Positions 46,644 to 60,428 are shown, numbered from the stretch's first letter. The stretch: 64,000 nucleotides of DNA from Octopus sinensis (GCF_006345805.1 NC_043000.1:115320001-115384000), one strand, 5' to 3'. Numbers and translations: made by a program. The notes: a model not told the origin generated them from the sequence alone.

Positions 46644-49600
46644 TTAAACTGTATCTGCTCAATTTGGTGGCGTTTCCTTTGGATAAACATCTGGTGAATT
46701 TCATGAATGGGCATCTGCTAGTCTTCCTTAAAAGAATTTTGACCAGTCCTGCACATACATTTGCATAGATGCATGGTCCCCCTTCACCGAGAGAACCCCT
46801 GTTCAATGTCAGTGGTATTTCAGCTTAGCACTGTAGGCTAACAAAGCAGTCTTCAGGTAACATTTTTATTACGAGAAAGGCACCATTCGAGTGTGATCGT
46901 TACCAGCTTCGCGTTATTGGCACTTGTGCCCCATGCTAGTAGGGTGCTAAGAGCACCATCCGAGCGTGATTGTTGCCAGAGCGGCTAACTAGCTTCCGTG
47001 CCAGTGGCATGTAAGAGGCACCATTCGAGCAGGATCATTAACAGCTTCGCCTTATTGGCACCTGTGCCGTTGGCATGTGTAAAAAGATTCGAGCGAGGTC
47101 ATTGCCAGTGCCACCTGACTGGACCCCGTGCCGGTGGCACGTAAAAGCACCCACCTCACTCTCGGAGTGGTTGACATTAGGAAGGGCATCCAGCTGTAGA
47201 AACTCTGCCAGATCAAGACTGGAGCCTGGTGCAGCCATCTGGTTTGCCAGCCCTCAGTCAAACCGTCCAATCCATGCTAGCATGGAAAGCGGATGTTAAA
47301 CGATGATGATGAAACTAATTCCATATTGTCTCAGACATTTGTAAAGCTCATGTTTTTGCTTTAACTGTTGGACTAAATCTGAACACGACAACAAAGTATG
47401 AAACCATGTTTACAATTTATTTAGGTGCAGCGGTGGCTGTGTGGTAAGAAGTTTGCTTCCCAACCTCATGGTTCTGGATTCAGTCCCATTGCATAACACC
47501 TTGAGCAAATGTCTTTTACTGTAGTCTTAGGTTGACTTATGCCTTGTAAGTTAATTTGTTAGAAACTGAAAGAAGTCTATTGTACATGTATGTGTGTGTG
47601 TTTGTACCCCAACACTGCTTGATAACCGGTGTTGGTGTGTTTACATCTTCATAAATTAGCAGTTCAGCAAAAGATACTGATAAAATAAATACCTATTTCT
47701 TTACTACCCACAAGGGGATAAACAAGGACAGACAAACGGATTAAGTCAATTATATCGACCCCAGTGCATAACTGGTACTTATTTAATTGACTCCGAAAGG
47801 ATGAAAGGCAAAGTCGACCTTGGCGGAATTTGAACTTAGAATGTAATGGCAGACGAAATACGGCTACGCATTTCGTCCGGTGTGCTAACATTTCTGCCAG
47901 CTCGCCGATACTTATAAAATAAATACCAGGTTTAAAAAATTAAGCACTGGGGGTTGATTCGTTGACTAAAATTCTTCAAAGCAGTGCCCCAGCATGGCCT
48001 TTGTCTAATGACTGAAGCAAGTGAAAGATAAAAGATTTATGTAGATGTGCACCAAAAATTGTGACAGCGTGTTAGGATTCCATTCATAATTTTGCAGTTA
48101 CGCTCACAGGCCCATAATTGCCACCACAACCTACACTTCTCAAGAATATTGTTATGTAATCCTACTTACTGTACTTCATAATGTTAAGTGTGCAAGACGA
48201 GTAGAGTTGGATCGTTTAGAGCCTGTAAGCGCTCTTAGTTATTTATTTTTTCTTTACAGATGTCCATTGAATCCAATGGTGACCACCTATTCCTTCATAG
48301 TAAATCCTTTGGCTCCACCTTTAACCCTTTCATTACTGTATTTATTTTGAGACGCTCTGTGTTTCTTTCAATTAATTTTAAATATAACAAAGAATTTAGT
48401 AAAATAACTTAGTTATCATTCAGCTAATGTTAGGAACATAAATTGTGACTAATGTTTGGTGGAAGGTTTGAATTCAAAACTTATGGAAACAAGATATTTG
48501 GGCTACAGAGCCAGAGCCGGTTTCAGCCGGGTTTGTAATGAAATGGTTAAATATTTGATGTACTATTCCAGTTGCAAACGGGACCTGTAAATGTTTGATT
48601 GTAAATGTATTTATGCATCTTCGTTCCTTTGTTTTAGTAGCACTATGATCCTCGCTGATGATAAAGCCTAGCAGTTCTGGCAACATGCATATACGGGGAC
48701 TGTAGAGTACGATATTATTTTCTTTATGTATATTGTCTTTGTATTGTTTAAGGAGACAAGATTAAAATAACTCTTTAGTAGAAATATCTACCGATTTTCT
48801 AGCATGTGGGAGACAAAACTAAACCTTGGACATGCTACGGTTAATAGTTTACACATCATAGACGCCTCCAATCTTAGAGATGAGAGATGGATTGAACCCA
48901 TTGGTAGGTAGTTTAACTCTTTAGCATTTAAAACGGCTATACCTGGCCAAATATTCTGTTTTATATTTGAATTGGCCAGATCCAGCATCTCACATCTACC
49001 TGATGGTGTCATTCTAAAAATATATAATCACATTATTGAAATCCCAAAGCTTTGAGATTATGCATTATTAATTTAAAATAATGTGAATAAATAAGTTATT
49101 ACATTTGACGAAATAATCTGAATGCTATATGTGGTCTGTTTTGCACCTCGTATACACTGGGACACAGCTTGCTTGATAGATGAGGACCATGATACAGATG
49201 TTGAGAGGTGGTTATATGTATGCTTGCACACATCTTGTCTGTACAAACACACATTCAATATCCCCGACAGGATTTAAATTGTGATTTTCCATTCAATATT
49301 TCCGACTGGCTCCCGTGCCGGTGGCATGTAAAAAGCACCATTTGAGCGTGATTGTTACCAGCATCGCTTTACTGGCACTTGTGCTGGTGGTATGTGAAAA
49401 ACTTCATTCAAGCGAGGTCGTTGCCGGTGCTGCTGGACTGGTCCCTGCGCAGGTGGAACGTAAAAAACACCATTTGAGCATGGCCGTTGCCAGTACCGCC
49501 TGACTGGCTCTTGTGCTGGTGGCTCGTAAAAGCACCCACTACACTCTTGGAGTGGTTGGCGTTAGGAAGAGCATCCAGATGTAGAAACGCTGCCAGATCA

Positions 49601-51073
49601 GATTGGAGCCTGGTGCAGCTATCTGGCTTGCTAATCCTTAGTCAAACCGTCCACCCCATGCCAGCATGGAAAGCGGACATTAAATGATGATGGTGTATGG
49701 AATATTATAGTGAAAAAGTAGTGCCAGACTAAATTCTTTACTGTCCGTGTCTATAGCTATATGGTTAAAAAGCTTGACAACCATGTGGTTTTTGGTTTCA
49801 GTCTCATTGTCCAGCATTTTAGTGTTTTCTGCTATAGCCCCAGATTGACCAATGCTTTATGAATTTGGTATGCAGGAACTTTACCAAGTCTGCTGTGTAT
49901 CTGCAAAACCCTGCCTACTCACTCCTAGTTTATCCGTTCCAACTCACTTCTCACCTCATTACCTTGAGGTATCACCTGGACACCTCATCACCACTATTTT
50001 ACTTCTTTGGAGATACTGTTGATTTGTTTAGGAAATATCAGTAACCAGTATTTGGAGGTTTTGTTGTTTCATTTGAGGACCCTCATCAAGCAGGCTGGTG
50101 ATTGTAAATTATTGCTATCTACTCTTTCTTTCTTTCTCTCTTTTTTTAATTAAGGTATAGTGTACTCTGAATTAGATCTGATGTCTCTGGATTGAGGTTT
50201 GAGGGGAATTTGTTGCTACTTTTACAGGTGGAATGTCCTGCAAAGCTTCCCTTGTTGGCTTGTTTGGATTTTTAAAAATAAATTCCATTGCTTTAGAACC
50301 TTTCTGTGTACTCCTCTTATGGTTCCCTCAGACTAGACAATAGCGGTTAATTACGTGTAAATTAATGTGGTTAATATTTAATTTAAATTGTTGCAGGACA
50401 GTTGTTATAAAGGAAAAGTAAGGTGGATGCTCTGGTTTCCAGAAATTATTCATACATCTTGATTTGAATTCATTAACGATTTGTTCATCAACTGTTTTAT
50501 GATACTACTGTAACTTGCAATTCATGGCTGATTTGGTATCGGTTTTATTAATTATAAAATTGCTTAAAATTTCTTCCTCTCTCATAATTGCGGGTGTTTG
50601 CTGACTTTAATAGATCTTATATTTAAATGCAGTTGAAAAATTCAGTGTTGTGCATTTATAATTCTATGGAGAGGTAAATTTTTTATTTTTGGATACATGC
50701 CTGTGTTATTAAATACAGCAAAACTGTCTGTTAATGTTAATTGGTTGTTTAACGAGATAATAAGATATTAACCATTTTGATGCCAACCCATCTAATTCTA
50801 TGATGTACATTCCCTGTTTTAAAGTGATCCTGATTAAAACCTTTCATTAAATGTTCTTGCTAATTTATATTCCAAATGACAGCTTAATAAACGACAGTTA
50901 TTTTAATAACTTCTTCATATTTTAAAAATTTATTGGAATCATGATTTTTTTTACAATATTGTCACAAAACAGTTCAAAATTAAGAAAAAAAATCCTCTTT
51001 GTTTAGACATAGAGCTACATGATTGCAATCCCCTTTTAAAACTTAAAATTAAATGTTATATTCTGGAGTATAA

Positions 51074-51416
51074 TCTCTATATATATAAACAGCAAAATAT
51101 CTGTCTGTGTGTGTGTCCTTTATACAAATCCACAATTTTTCAGTTAGAGGGCTCGCACTTTCTATGGTCATTCAAAACCATCCAAAGGTGGCCGTGCACA
51201 TCTTTACATTTCCCCAGTCACCCTGCAAAGCTGTTTAAAAAAAATCAATAGAAGTGACTTTTTTGTGAATTTTCTATCCAAAACCCAATTGAATGCCAGC
51301 TAACTGTATGTGATTGGTCGGAGATTTGGACAGTACTCGCGTGTATGTGCACACGCACGCAGATGTATATGCATGCACTAGCACTATGGCCCGGCATTGC
51401 CGGGTCATAATGCTAG
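51074..51416 (+). mobile_element. Non-autonomous Helitron
   Basis: A|TC 5' end, GC hairpin and CTAG|T 3' end. An inverted related copy lies at ~19495-19800. Confidence 0.75.
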
Positions 51417-51983
51417 TAAGGTACAACCTGCCCAGTAGGTGAAATAATCATTGGAGATTACTAGGAGGTATTATTGTATGCTCTTCCTTTGAATCCATCA
51501 CAATGTTGGAACCCCTTCTGTATAATCAGCAGATATATTAGGGCCACAAGTGTGTTGCTCCTTAGCTTGTACATTTTCTCTCAGTGGGGCAACAAGGACT
51601 GAATTAGTCGTTACCTGTCAATATATTATCTCTTTTTAAATGTTATTGTTTGTTGCATCAGTTTTTCTTATATAATGGATTATATTAGGATGATGTAGCT
51701 TTTGGAGTCACATCTACTGCTGCTGCTGCTTATTTGAACACTGATTTATATATATATCTTTATTGCCCACAAGGGGCTAAACATAGAGGGGACAAACAAG
51801 GACAGACAAAAGGATTAAGTCGATTACATCAACCCCAGTGCGAAACTGGTACTTTATTTATTGACTCCGAAAGGATGAAAGGCAAAGTCGACCTTGGCGG
51901 AATTTGATCTAAGAATGTAACGACAGACGAAATACTGCTAAGCATTTCGCCCAGTGCGCTAATGTGTCTGCCAGCTCGCCACC

Positions 51984-52043
<60 letters not shown>

Positions 52044-54762
52044 TATGATTTAGTTCATGATGCTTTTCCTTCTCCACAAGGTAGTGATAGCTATCCTGAA
52101 AGTCTACTGATCAACTATTACATGTCTCACGCGTGTAATAGTTTATTTATTAATCCTACAATAAATAATAGGCTGCCGATAATAGGAAAGTACCATAATC
52201 TTATATGTGTGTCAGCCTCCTTGTCTGGAATAGATGGTAGATCAGCTGGAAATATCCTCTGTGAAACATAGTGACATCTTTTTTCAAGTGGAAGGATATG
52301 AAATCCTTGTTTAATACAATTAAATAATGCACCAGCCCCATGTGGCAATGGAAAACATTTACATGAGGGGAAATGTTTATTTTTGAAACCGCTCTCTCCT
52401 AGATCTATTTCCAAGAATTGATTTGACCAATTTTGAATTCAAGACCATGTAACACTTATCTATGGCAAACATTCTCTTATTTTGGGATTGTGCACTTGAG
52501 TTACTTGTCCTTTTTTAAATCTATATAATATTTATTTCCTCTCTCTTTCTCCCCCCATTCCTCTCTATCTCTCCCCCTCTCTCTTTCACACACACACAAC
52601 CCTCAGGATTGTAGGCATGAATTCTTTTGCACATTCCATTCTGTAAATCATTCCAGAAATAGTTGTTATCCAATTTATATTTACCACTCATATTTTTGTA
52701 TATAATTTGGACAGAAGTTAAAAGGTTGCATGTATAAAATCTCTTTCAGTTAAACTAATCTCATTACCATTGATTTCTTTTGTTTGTGAGCGTGTGTTTA
52801 TGTTTTGTAGTATATATTACCTTGAGTTTTTTTCCATAGTGTACCTCTTAAGTTAGTGCTGTTCATTTAGAACTTTACATTTATTTGTTCATATCACATG
52901 TCTACTATTACAACCAGTATATTTCTCTCTTTCTTGAATATATCAACTGATACGACCAGTTGCTTAACAATGTGCTTTTCTATAATTACCACTGGCATCA
53001 TTATGTGGGCCTCGTATACAATGCATCAAATAAAAGTTGTAAGAACCAGCCATAAAATCCCTGCCAAAACAAACACAGAAGTTTGGTGCAGTCTCCTGCC
53101 TGGTCAGCTCCTGTGAAACCGTCCGACTCATGCCAGCATTGAAGGAGGACGTAAAACTATGATGATGTCCAAGGTAACAAATTCATGTGTGTGTGTGTGT
53201 GTTTGCACATGCATGCAAACACACACACACATGAATTTGTTACCTTTTGTTTGTTTTTTACTTGTTTGTCATTAGACTGTGGCTATGCTGGAGCACCACC
53301 TGGAAGGGTTTGAATTGAACAAAGTGACTCTAGGACTTTTCTTTTTTTAAGCCTAGCGCTTATTCTGTCGGTGTTTTTTGCCAAACTGCCAAGTTACAGG
53401 AATTTAAACACACTGACACCAGTTGTCAAACTATGGGGGTACGGGGACAAGCACAAAGACACACACAGGTGTGTGCATGTATGTATACATATATATATAT
53501 ATATATATGATAGGCTTCTTTCAGTTTCCATCTACCATATCCACTCACAGGGTTTTGGTCAGCCTGAGCTATACTAGAAGACACTTGCCCAAAGTGCCAC
53601 ACAGTGGGACTGAACCTGGAGCCATGTGGTTGGGAAGCAGGCTTCTTACTACACAGCCATGCCTGTAAACTTTTTGAATGCCAGTTCATATACATTAAAA
53701 ATATGGCATCACTTGTATATCTTATTCCCAAATTAAATATAACTCTTTTGAATATTTACTTCCATCTTACATGTGAAATTGTTGTTGGTGAAACATTTTC
53801 TACTTATTTATTGCTTTTAATACTGTTAATGGTGCTGCAGGAAGCTGATAAGAAGACTGATACATTGGATCTTAACAAAAAGATTCTCTATATCGAATAT
53901 TTCTTGTTGCCAGTGCGGCTATCTTGCCTCCATGCCGGTGGCATGTAAAAGACACCATTCGAGCATGATCGTTACCAGCATCGCCTTACTGGCATCTGTG
54001 CTGGTGGCATGTGTAAAAGATTCAAGTGAGGTCATTGCCAGTACTGCCTGACTGGCCCTGTGCCGGTGGCACGTAAAAGCACCCACTACACTCGCGGAGT
54101 GGTTGGCGTTAGGAAGGGCATCCAGCTGTAGAAACTCTGCCAGATCAAGATTGGAGCCTAGTGCAGCCATCTGGTTTGCCAGCCCTCAGTCAAATCGTCC
54201 AACCCATGCTAGCATGGAAGGCGGACTTTAAACGATAATGATGATGATGATCTCTTTCGGAATAGAAAAATAAAATATTGAACTATGGAATGGTGAGGTT
54301 TTGGGGATTACATGCTCACACACACACCTTTCAAATTAGGTTGTTTTACTCACATGTCTGTAGTAGCGGAACTGTGTCCTGTCAACAATAAAACACACAC
54401 ATTGCTTAGTTGTTTAAAAACCAAGCAGTCAATTTAACCCCCTTTTGTTGCCATATTTCAATTGAAATACACTGTCTTTGGTTCAGTTATTTTGAAACTA
54501 TTGAATAATTTAGCAAAATAATCCATTTTATACTTGTTCCTGGGACATGAATTAAACCTGAAGTTTTGAGGGCAGGTATTAATTTAGATCACTTTAAAAC
54601 AACCAGCTGTGGTTTCAGGTAGGTTGGTATCAAAAGGGTTTTTAAAAAAAAAGATATTTTATCCAAACAAGCAAAAGTAATATATCTGAAATACAACTAT
54701 GTATCTATTTTTTATTTGTAAAGATCTGAATAGTTTGTATCTTTTAATGTTCTTGTGTGACA

Positions 54763-54983
54763 CTAAGGCGGCGAGCTGGCCAACACGTTAGCGCACCGGG
54801 CGAAATGCTTAGTGGTATTTCGTCTGTTGATATGTTCTGAGTTCAAATTCTGCCGAGGTCGATTTTGCCTTTCATCCTTTCGGGGTCGATAAATTAAGTA
54901 CCAGTTACGCACTGGGGGTCGATGTAATCGGCTTAATCTGTTTGTCCTCTCTGTGTTTAGCCCCTTGTTGGTAGTAAAGAAAT
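54763..54983 (+). mobile_element. CORE-type SINE family B, ~145 bp upstream of the micro-exon
   Basis: TSD TGTTCTTGTGTGACAC. Confidence 0.9.
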
Positions 54984-55126
54984 ATGTTCTTGTGTGACAC
55001 AAAGTAGTTTCTTTAAATCATGATGCATTATGCTTAATGACTAAATGTTATGTTAATCTCTTGTCCTTTCATTTTCTAATAAACATCTTTCATTTTTTTT
55101 CTCCAACATTGTCCATGAAACACCAG

Positions 55127-55151
55127 AGAGCAAAAGGTCAAGCAAATCAAG
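55127..55151 (+). CDS. YTHDF: YTHDF coding exon 2 (25-nt micro-exon, RAKGQANQ+G)
   Basis: caccag|AGAGCAAAAGGTCAAGCAAATCAAG|gtattt, with a branch-like TTCTAAT at 55074-55080 and a pyrimidine tract. It is homologous to vertebrate RPKGQGNK, which I recall is also a 25-nt exon. Confidence 0.9.
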
Positions 55152-56170
55152 GTATTTAATTTCTTTCTTTTTCTTTTTCTCTCTCTCTTTCCTTTTCTTT
55201 GTTCTTATTTTAAGTATTGAAATATTGTTTCTTTTGATTTGACATAAGGCCTTGTGGGTTCTGTTTTTTTTTTTTTTTTATATAATGAGAACTGAAGCAT
55301 TGTTTTTCTCGAAAGATGTTAATTGGTAGCTTTAATGAAGTGAAAATTACTTTACCATCTGAAATTGTGTCAAGATCTTTGGTCTTGGCTCACTGGGAGC
55401 TTACTTCTATTAATATTTCCCCACCCCCATACACGAAAAGAAAGAACCCTGGAGTCCTGTGCCTGTGATAGAAATTATTTTTGTTCTAACATTGTAGCCA
55501 TTTCATGTGAATTGGGGATAATAGAAGGGATTAATTAATTGAATAAGCTGAGAGTGTATTAAATCTATCTTTCTACAAGTTGGTAACCTTATATTGGTGT
55601 TCAAATACTGCCTAGGTTGATAAAATAAGCACTAGGCGAGCACTGGAGTCTATATAATGAACTTAAGTTTCAGGCCTTGTGCCTATAATAGAAAAGATTA
55701 TTGATAATAACAACAGCAGCAACAAAGAGACAGTCATTGGTTTCAATTTAATAAATAGCTTATGCTTGACTAATTTATCCGGCTAGCGGGGTGCAAAGAG
55801 CACCATACGAGTGTGATCGTTGACAGAGTGGCTAATGTTGTTTTGAATTAATCATGCATTATCTTGTAGCTTTCAGTGTTGTGATTGTTTGTTTTTAGAA
55901 TGATATTGTAGAGTAGATGTTAGAGGTTTGATCTGGCAAATTTGAACATAAAACAGAATCTTTGGTGGACCTGATGTGATCAGTCAAACTTACAATGTTT
56001 GTTCCTCTAATTTACTCCGAATTTTGGAAATCCATCCGAGAAATTCTAATGGATTGCATGAGATGTAAATGTGAGATTGACTGGACAGTTTATCATTGAA
56101 TATGAATACACATTCTATCTCTTTCATTAAAAGGACCACCTTCAAATTTAATTACTCTTTATAGCAATAA

Positions 56171-56388
56171 CTTGACTTTACTTGAGACAGCATTCACCCG
56201 GGGTGGGTTGAGCTAGCTTCATTCATCCTCAATGCTGCATCTCTTACAAATGCTGACCAGACCTGGCGATTTGAGGCTAACGACTGTGTGATCTCCAGCC
56301 ACTCCTTATTCCAGTGGCGAACGCTGTAGATATGGAGACCTAGGTTGGGTTCCAGATCAGCCTTGACTGTCATCAGTTAGGTTTTTCG
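56171..56388 (-). mobile_element. Second copy of the (CAAGT)n-tailed RTE-like fragment
   Basis: Reverse complement of ~20580-20780, with a 13-bp TSD TTTATAGCAATAA. Confidence 0.75.
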
Positions 56389-56536
56389 TTTATAGCAATA
56401 AACAGTATTAAGATTCCTTGTAAAATAGTTTTGTCTATCACTGATGTTTAAATGTAATTTATTAGCATTTATTATTCTGTTGCATTTCTTTTCCAGTTAA
56501 GCTAATAACAATAAACTGTTTTTCAATATTTTCCAG

Positions 56537-56604
56537 TGGCCAATGGCTCAGCAAAAGAAGTAAAAAACGAGGACTTCGATCATTATTTGCATCAACCTCA
56601 GCAA
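56537..56604 (+). CDS. YTHDF: YTHDF coding exon 3 (VANGSAKEVKNEDFDHYLHQPQQ)
   Basis: ttttccag|...|gtaagc, 68 nt, completes the phase-1 codon from exon 2. It aligns to vertebrate VQNGSVHQKDGLNDDDFEPYL. Confidence 0.9.
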
Positions 56605-57904
56605 GTAAGCATCGTTTTGGATGTTGTTTTGTTTGCTACCTTGAAAAAACGGTTTTATTTACATTGATTTATACATTGCTGCTTTTTATTTATATGCCTT
56701 GATATACATTTATTATTATTATTATTATTATTATCATCATCATCATTTGATACTTGCCTCTCTTGGGGATGCAACATGGCAGAATGATTAAAGTCCACAT
56801 TACAATCACAAAGCCATAGGTTCAGTTCCACTGCGGAACATCTTGGGCAAGGTTTTTTTTTTTTTACCAAAGCTTTATATTTGATGCATAACTTGTGACT
56901 AAAATGGAGGAGATGGAAACTGCCAGAGCCTGTTGGATGGATTGTACCTGTAATTCAACAAAGTCTAATTTTGTCACATTCTGCATCTCGTTGGTTCTGC
57001 CTTGAAACATCCATTGAGAGTACATGTACATGGAATACTCACCTAATGCTAATACTCACCTTCAATGAGTAAATTATTCCATTGGCTAGGAAACAGATTA
57101 CTCATTGGAATTGGAGATCGACTGATTTGTCTGCCGTAAACCCTGTTCATTGGCTGTGTTGCAATCTGAGGAAACTAGGTAACTGGCTCTATGAGTCCCA
57201 TGGCTTGGGAAGTAATGTCTTAAATTTACTCAATTTACTGTTGGTAATTTACATAATAAAAAAAATACTTAAAATGGTATGATGATGTTATTGGTTGTGT
57301 AATCTTGTGCTTAAGAAGGGTAAATCGTGATTTTTATTATTATAGCTTGGTTTTGTTTTTTAATTTTTTTCTGTTCAATAATACAATATTAAAAAATAAC
57401 AATAACAGCTGAGGATGAAAAATTGTTCGGTCAATGTAGCAGGGGACACGGTTACATTGCAATGACATGAAAGCTTGGTGGACGCCCACAGTTGAAGTAT
57501 ATGAAGAAGAAACTGACCACAGCTTCAGAACATTATCAACTTCACAGATGAGATAACAGGATTTGACCATTCATGGGAATTTACTGTATTGTTGACCAGT
57601 CCAGCCTATACCAGAACAGAGAAAAAGCACCCTAAAACCATGATGAGGACATGGAGATTTTACACAACTATATTTTTAAAATTTTATTTTCATTCTGTTT
57701 CATATTTGTAATGTGTTATGACAGCTACTGTTTTTATCATTGGTTTGTATATTATAAGAAATCAAAAATTGAAAAGCTAACTTTGATTCCACTTGATTTG
57801 GGTTAGTAATTAAGATTATGGATGTCATTTATTAATGTCTGGCTAGCATACTTTTCCATTTTGTGAAGCATCTGATGTTTTGTAAGCGTAATTATGTATA
57901 TCTC

Positions 57905-58435
57905 ATCTCATCTAGGGGTTTCGGTTGCACATACTATAGGAGTCACAGGGCGCTGCTGCATGTGCTGTAACTAGGAATATAAGGGTCCCATCCATTGTCT
58001 TGTAGTCAAGATCCTCTGCATGACATCCTGCTTGTTCAAAGCCAGGAATCTGATCTTTTAGGGCCTGCCAATAACTAAATCCATGCTCTGCTGTCGACGC
58101 TTCGATTTATTGTCTTTAAGGTTTTGTCTGTCTCCTACCCTTCGACCTGTCTGGCCTGGTAAGACCTGCCTGAAGATTTCTTTCCCTCCAGCATAGCTCC
58201 CCAGGTCAGTGGAGCACACAGGCACTTCATCACAACAAGGTACTTGTTGAATTGGCCATTGACTACACAGGAGTTCTTCTGCCCTTTGATGGGTCTTATT
58301 TTTCGTCCTGCAAAAATTGGACACCAACAATCACTCTCCTCACCAAGCAAGCTTGATGGGGTTTCCAGTGACCCGACCGTGTGACAAGTTGTACTGGACT
58401 ACATGTTACCAGTAGCACTCAAGAGCAACCTGACA
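57905..58435 (-). mobile_element. Non-coding element with an RTE 5'UTR-like segment and (AGATG)n tail
   Basis: Minus-strand accttgttgtgatgaagtgcctgtgtgctccactgacctgggagctatgctg resembles recalled RTE/BovB 5'UTRs. Confidence 0.45.
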
Positions 58436-60194
58436 AAAATAATGTAAAATAAGTCATTAAGAACTTGACCAGTTTTGTGCTTGGGATTGAGCTATGATAA
58501 AGTTCAAAATATAATTTTAACTTGTGAAAGATGTATGTATGTCTCTAAGAGGTTTCAGGAAAAATATTACATCTGTTGAATTTGGTGACTTGCAATTTGT
58601 TATTTTTGAGATAAAATAAGGAATAAACAGATTAATATATTAACGTGTGATGCTTAGACACATACTTCTGAGTTTAATCTGGATTCAAAATGTCAAGTAG
58701 CTTCCACTATAGACTTGCTTATTTCTCCAAAAGAAGCAAGCCATGGTTGGTCAACATGTTTATTCTTTGGTAAATAATTGTATTATCTGTTATCGGGAAT
58801 TATAATTCCATTTTGCACGAATCTTCATTTCTCTCTTTATTTTATTTTCTTATTTAAAAAATTTTTTTTCGGATGTTTTTCTAGTCAAATTTTATTCTAA
58901 CTATACTTTGCTATTGGGAAAATATTCAGCTTAATTAGTCAACGGATCTGTTGTCCTTTCACATTGCCTTTGTATTGAGTATGGATGATGTTCCTTCTCT
59001 CTTGGTCTCTATTGTATATCGTATGTGTGCAGAAGTAAAGGTTATGTTTCCATTGAGTAGCTTTTGTAATAAGCAGGAAACTGCTGTGGATGTGCATTTT
59101 TTGTCTGTTGTCTTAGCTTAAACTTGATTTGACATGAATTGACATGTTGTTGCATGACTCCTGTGGCAGTGAACATTTTAAAATCTTTTTTATTATTATT
59201 ATTATTATGAGGATAGATCCTTAATGAAGAAATAGCTTAAATGTACCGGAAGGCTTAAATAATTAATAATCCGTTATAAATATTGCCTTTCTATAATCTG
59301 GACATTCTTCATCAGATGTTTTGTTTTTTTTTGTTTTTTCTCTATAATTAGAGTAGGACAGTCAGCTAGGGTAAAGTCTATCTGCAATTTGGGAAACAGA
59401 AACTATTTTGTACTTAGATCAACATGCACTCATTTTGTATATAATCTGATTGGTTTTTACTCTAGTATGCTACGATGTAACCTGCTTAAAAAGAAAAAGA
59501 GAATAGGTTGAGCAAGAAGCATGGGTTTGAGGATCTAACATCTTTTTGTGTTTGTATGATTTCAAAAAGCAACTATTTTAATGTAATTCTGAATCCTTAG
59601 TAACCTATTATTAACAGCCAGTTCTTTTATTTACTAATGTATTAGTGAATCTGCTATTACACTCATGAGGCGTGTGTAATAGTTGATCATTGGAGTTTTG
59701 AAATTGGTATTAGTTTCTCACAGAGAAAAATACCAGTAAAAATTTATTGCATAAAATTGGAGGGCAAAAAATTTTTTTTAATTGGTTGGATAAAAATTCC
59801 TTTCACAGAAGGAAACAACCACTCAATTCCTTACCCTTTTTCTTCTTCATTTGGTAATGATAGCTAGTCTGAAAGTCTGCCAAATAGACTATGACTCCTA
59901 CCTCATGAGTGACTGTTATAGTTTATTCATTAATCGTTTTGTAAATATGTAATTGGCTGTCAATAATAGGAAAGTACCGATGCTTCAGTTATTAATATTC
60001 TTTGTTTAGTTAAATGCATTGGGTTCAAGACAGTATTAGACTGGATAACTATTTCATCCAACTCTTTTGACTTCAAATACTACAACAATTGACTTAGATT
60101 TTATCTTTAGGTTATGGATCAGTAAAATAACTCCGTTATAAACTAGATTTGATTTAATGATGAACCGTTTTATGAAAATTAAGTCTGGGCCTTG

Positions 60195-60428
60195 AAGGTG
60201 GTGAGCTGGCTGAAACGTTAGAACGCCGGGTGAAATGCTTAGCAGTATTTTGTCTGCCGCTACGTTCTGAGTTCAAATTCAACCGAGGTTGACTTTGCCT
60301 TTCATCCTTTCGGGGTTGATTAAATAAGTACTAGTTACGTACTGGGGTCAATATAATTGACTTAATCTGTTTGTCTGTCCTTGTTTGTCCTCTCTGTGTT
60401 AATCCCTTTGTGGGTAGTAAAGAAATAG
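60195..60428 (+). mobile_element. CORE-type SINE family B
   Basis: TSD GTCTGGGCCTTG. Confidence 0.88.
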
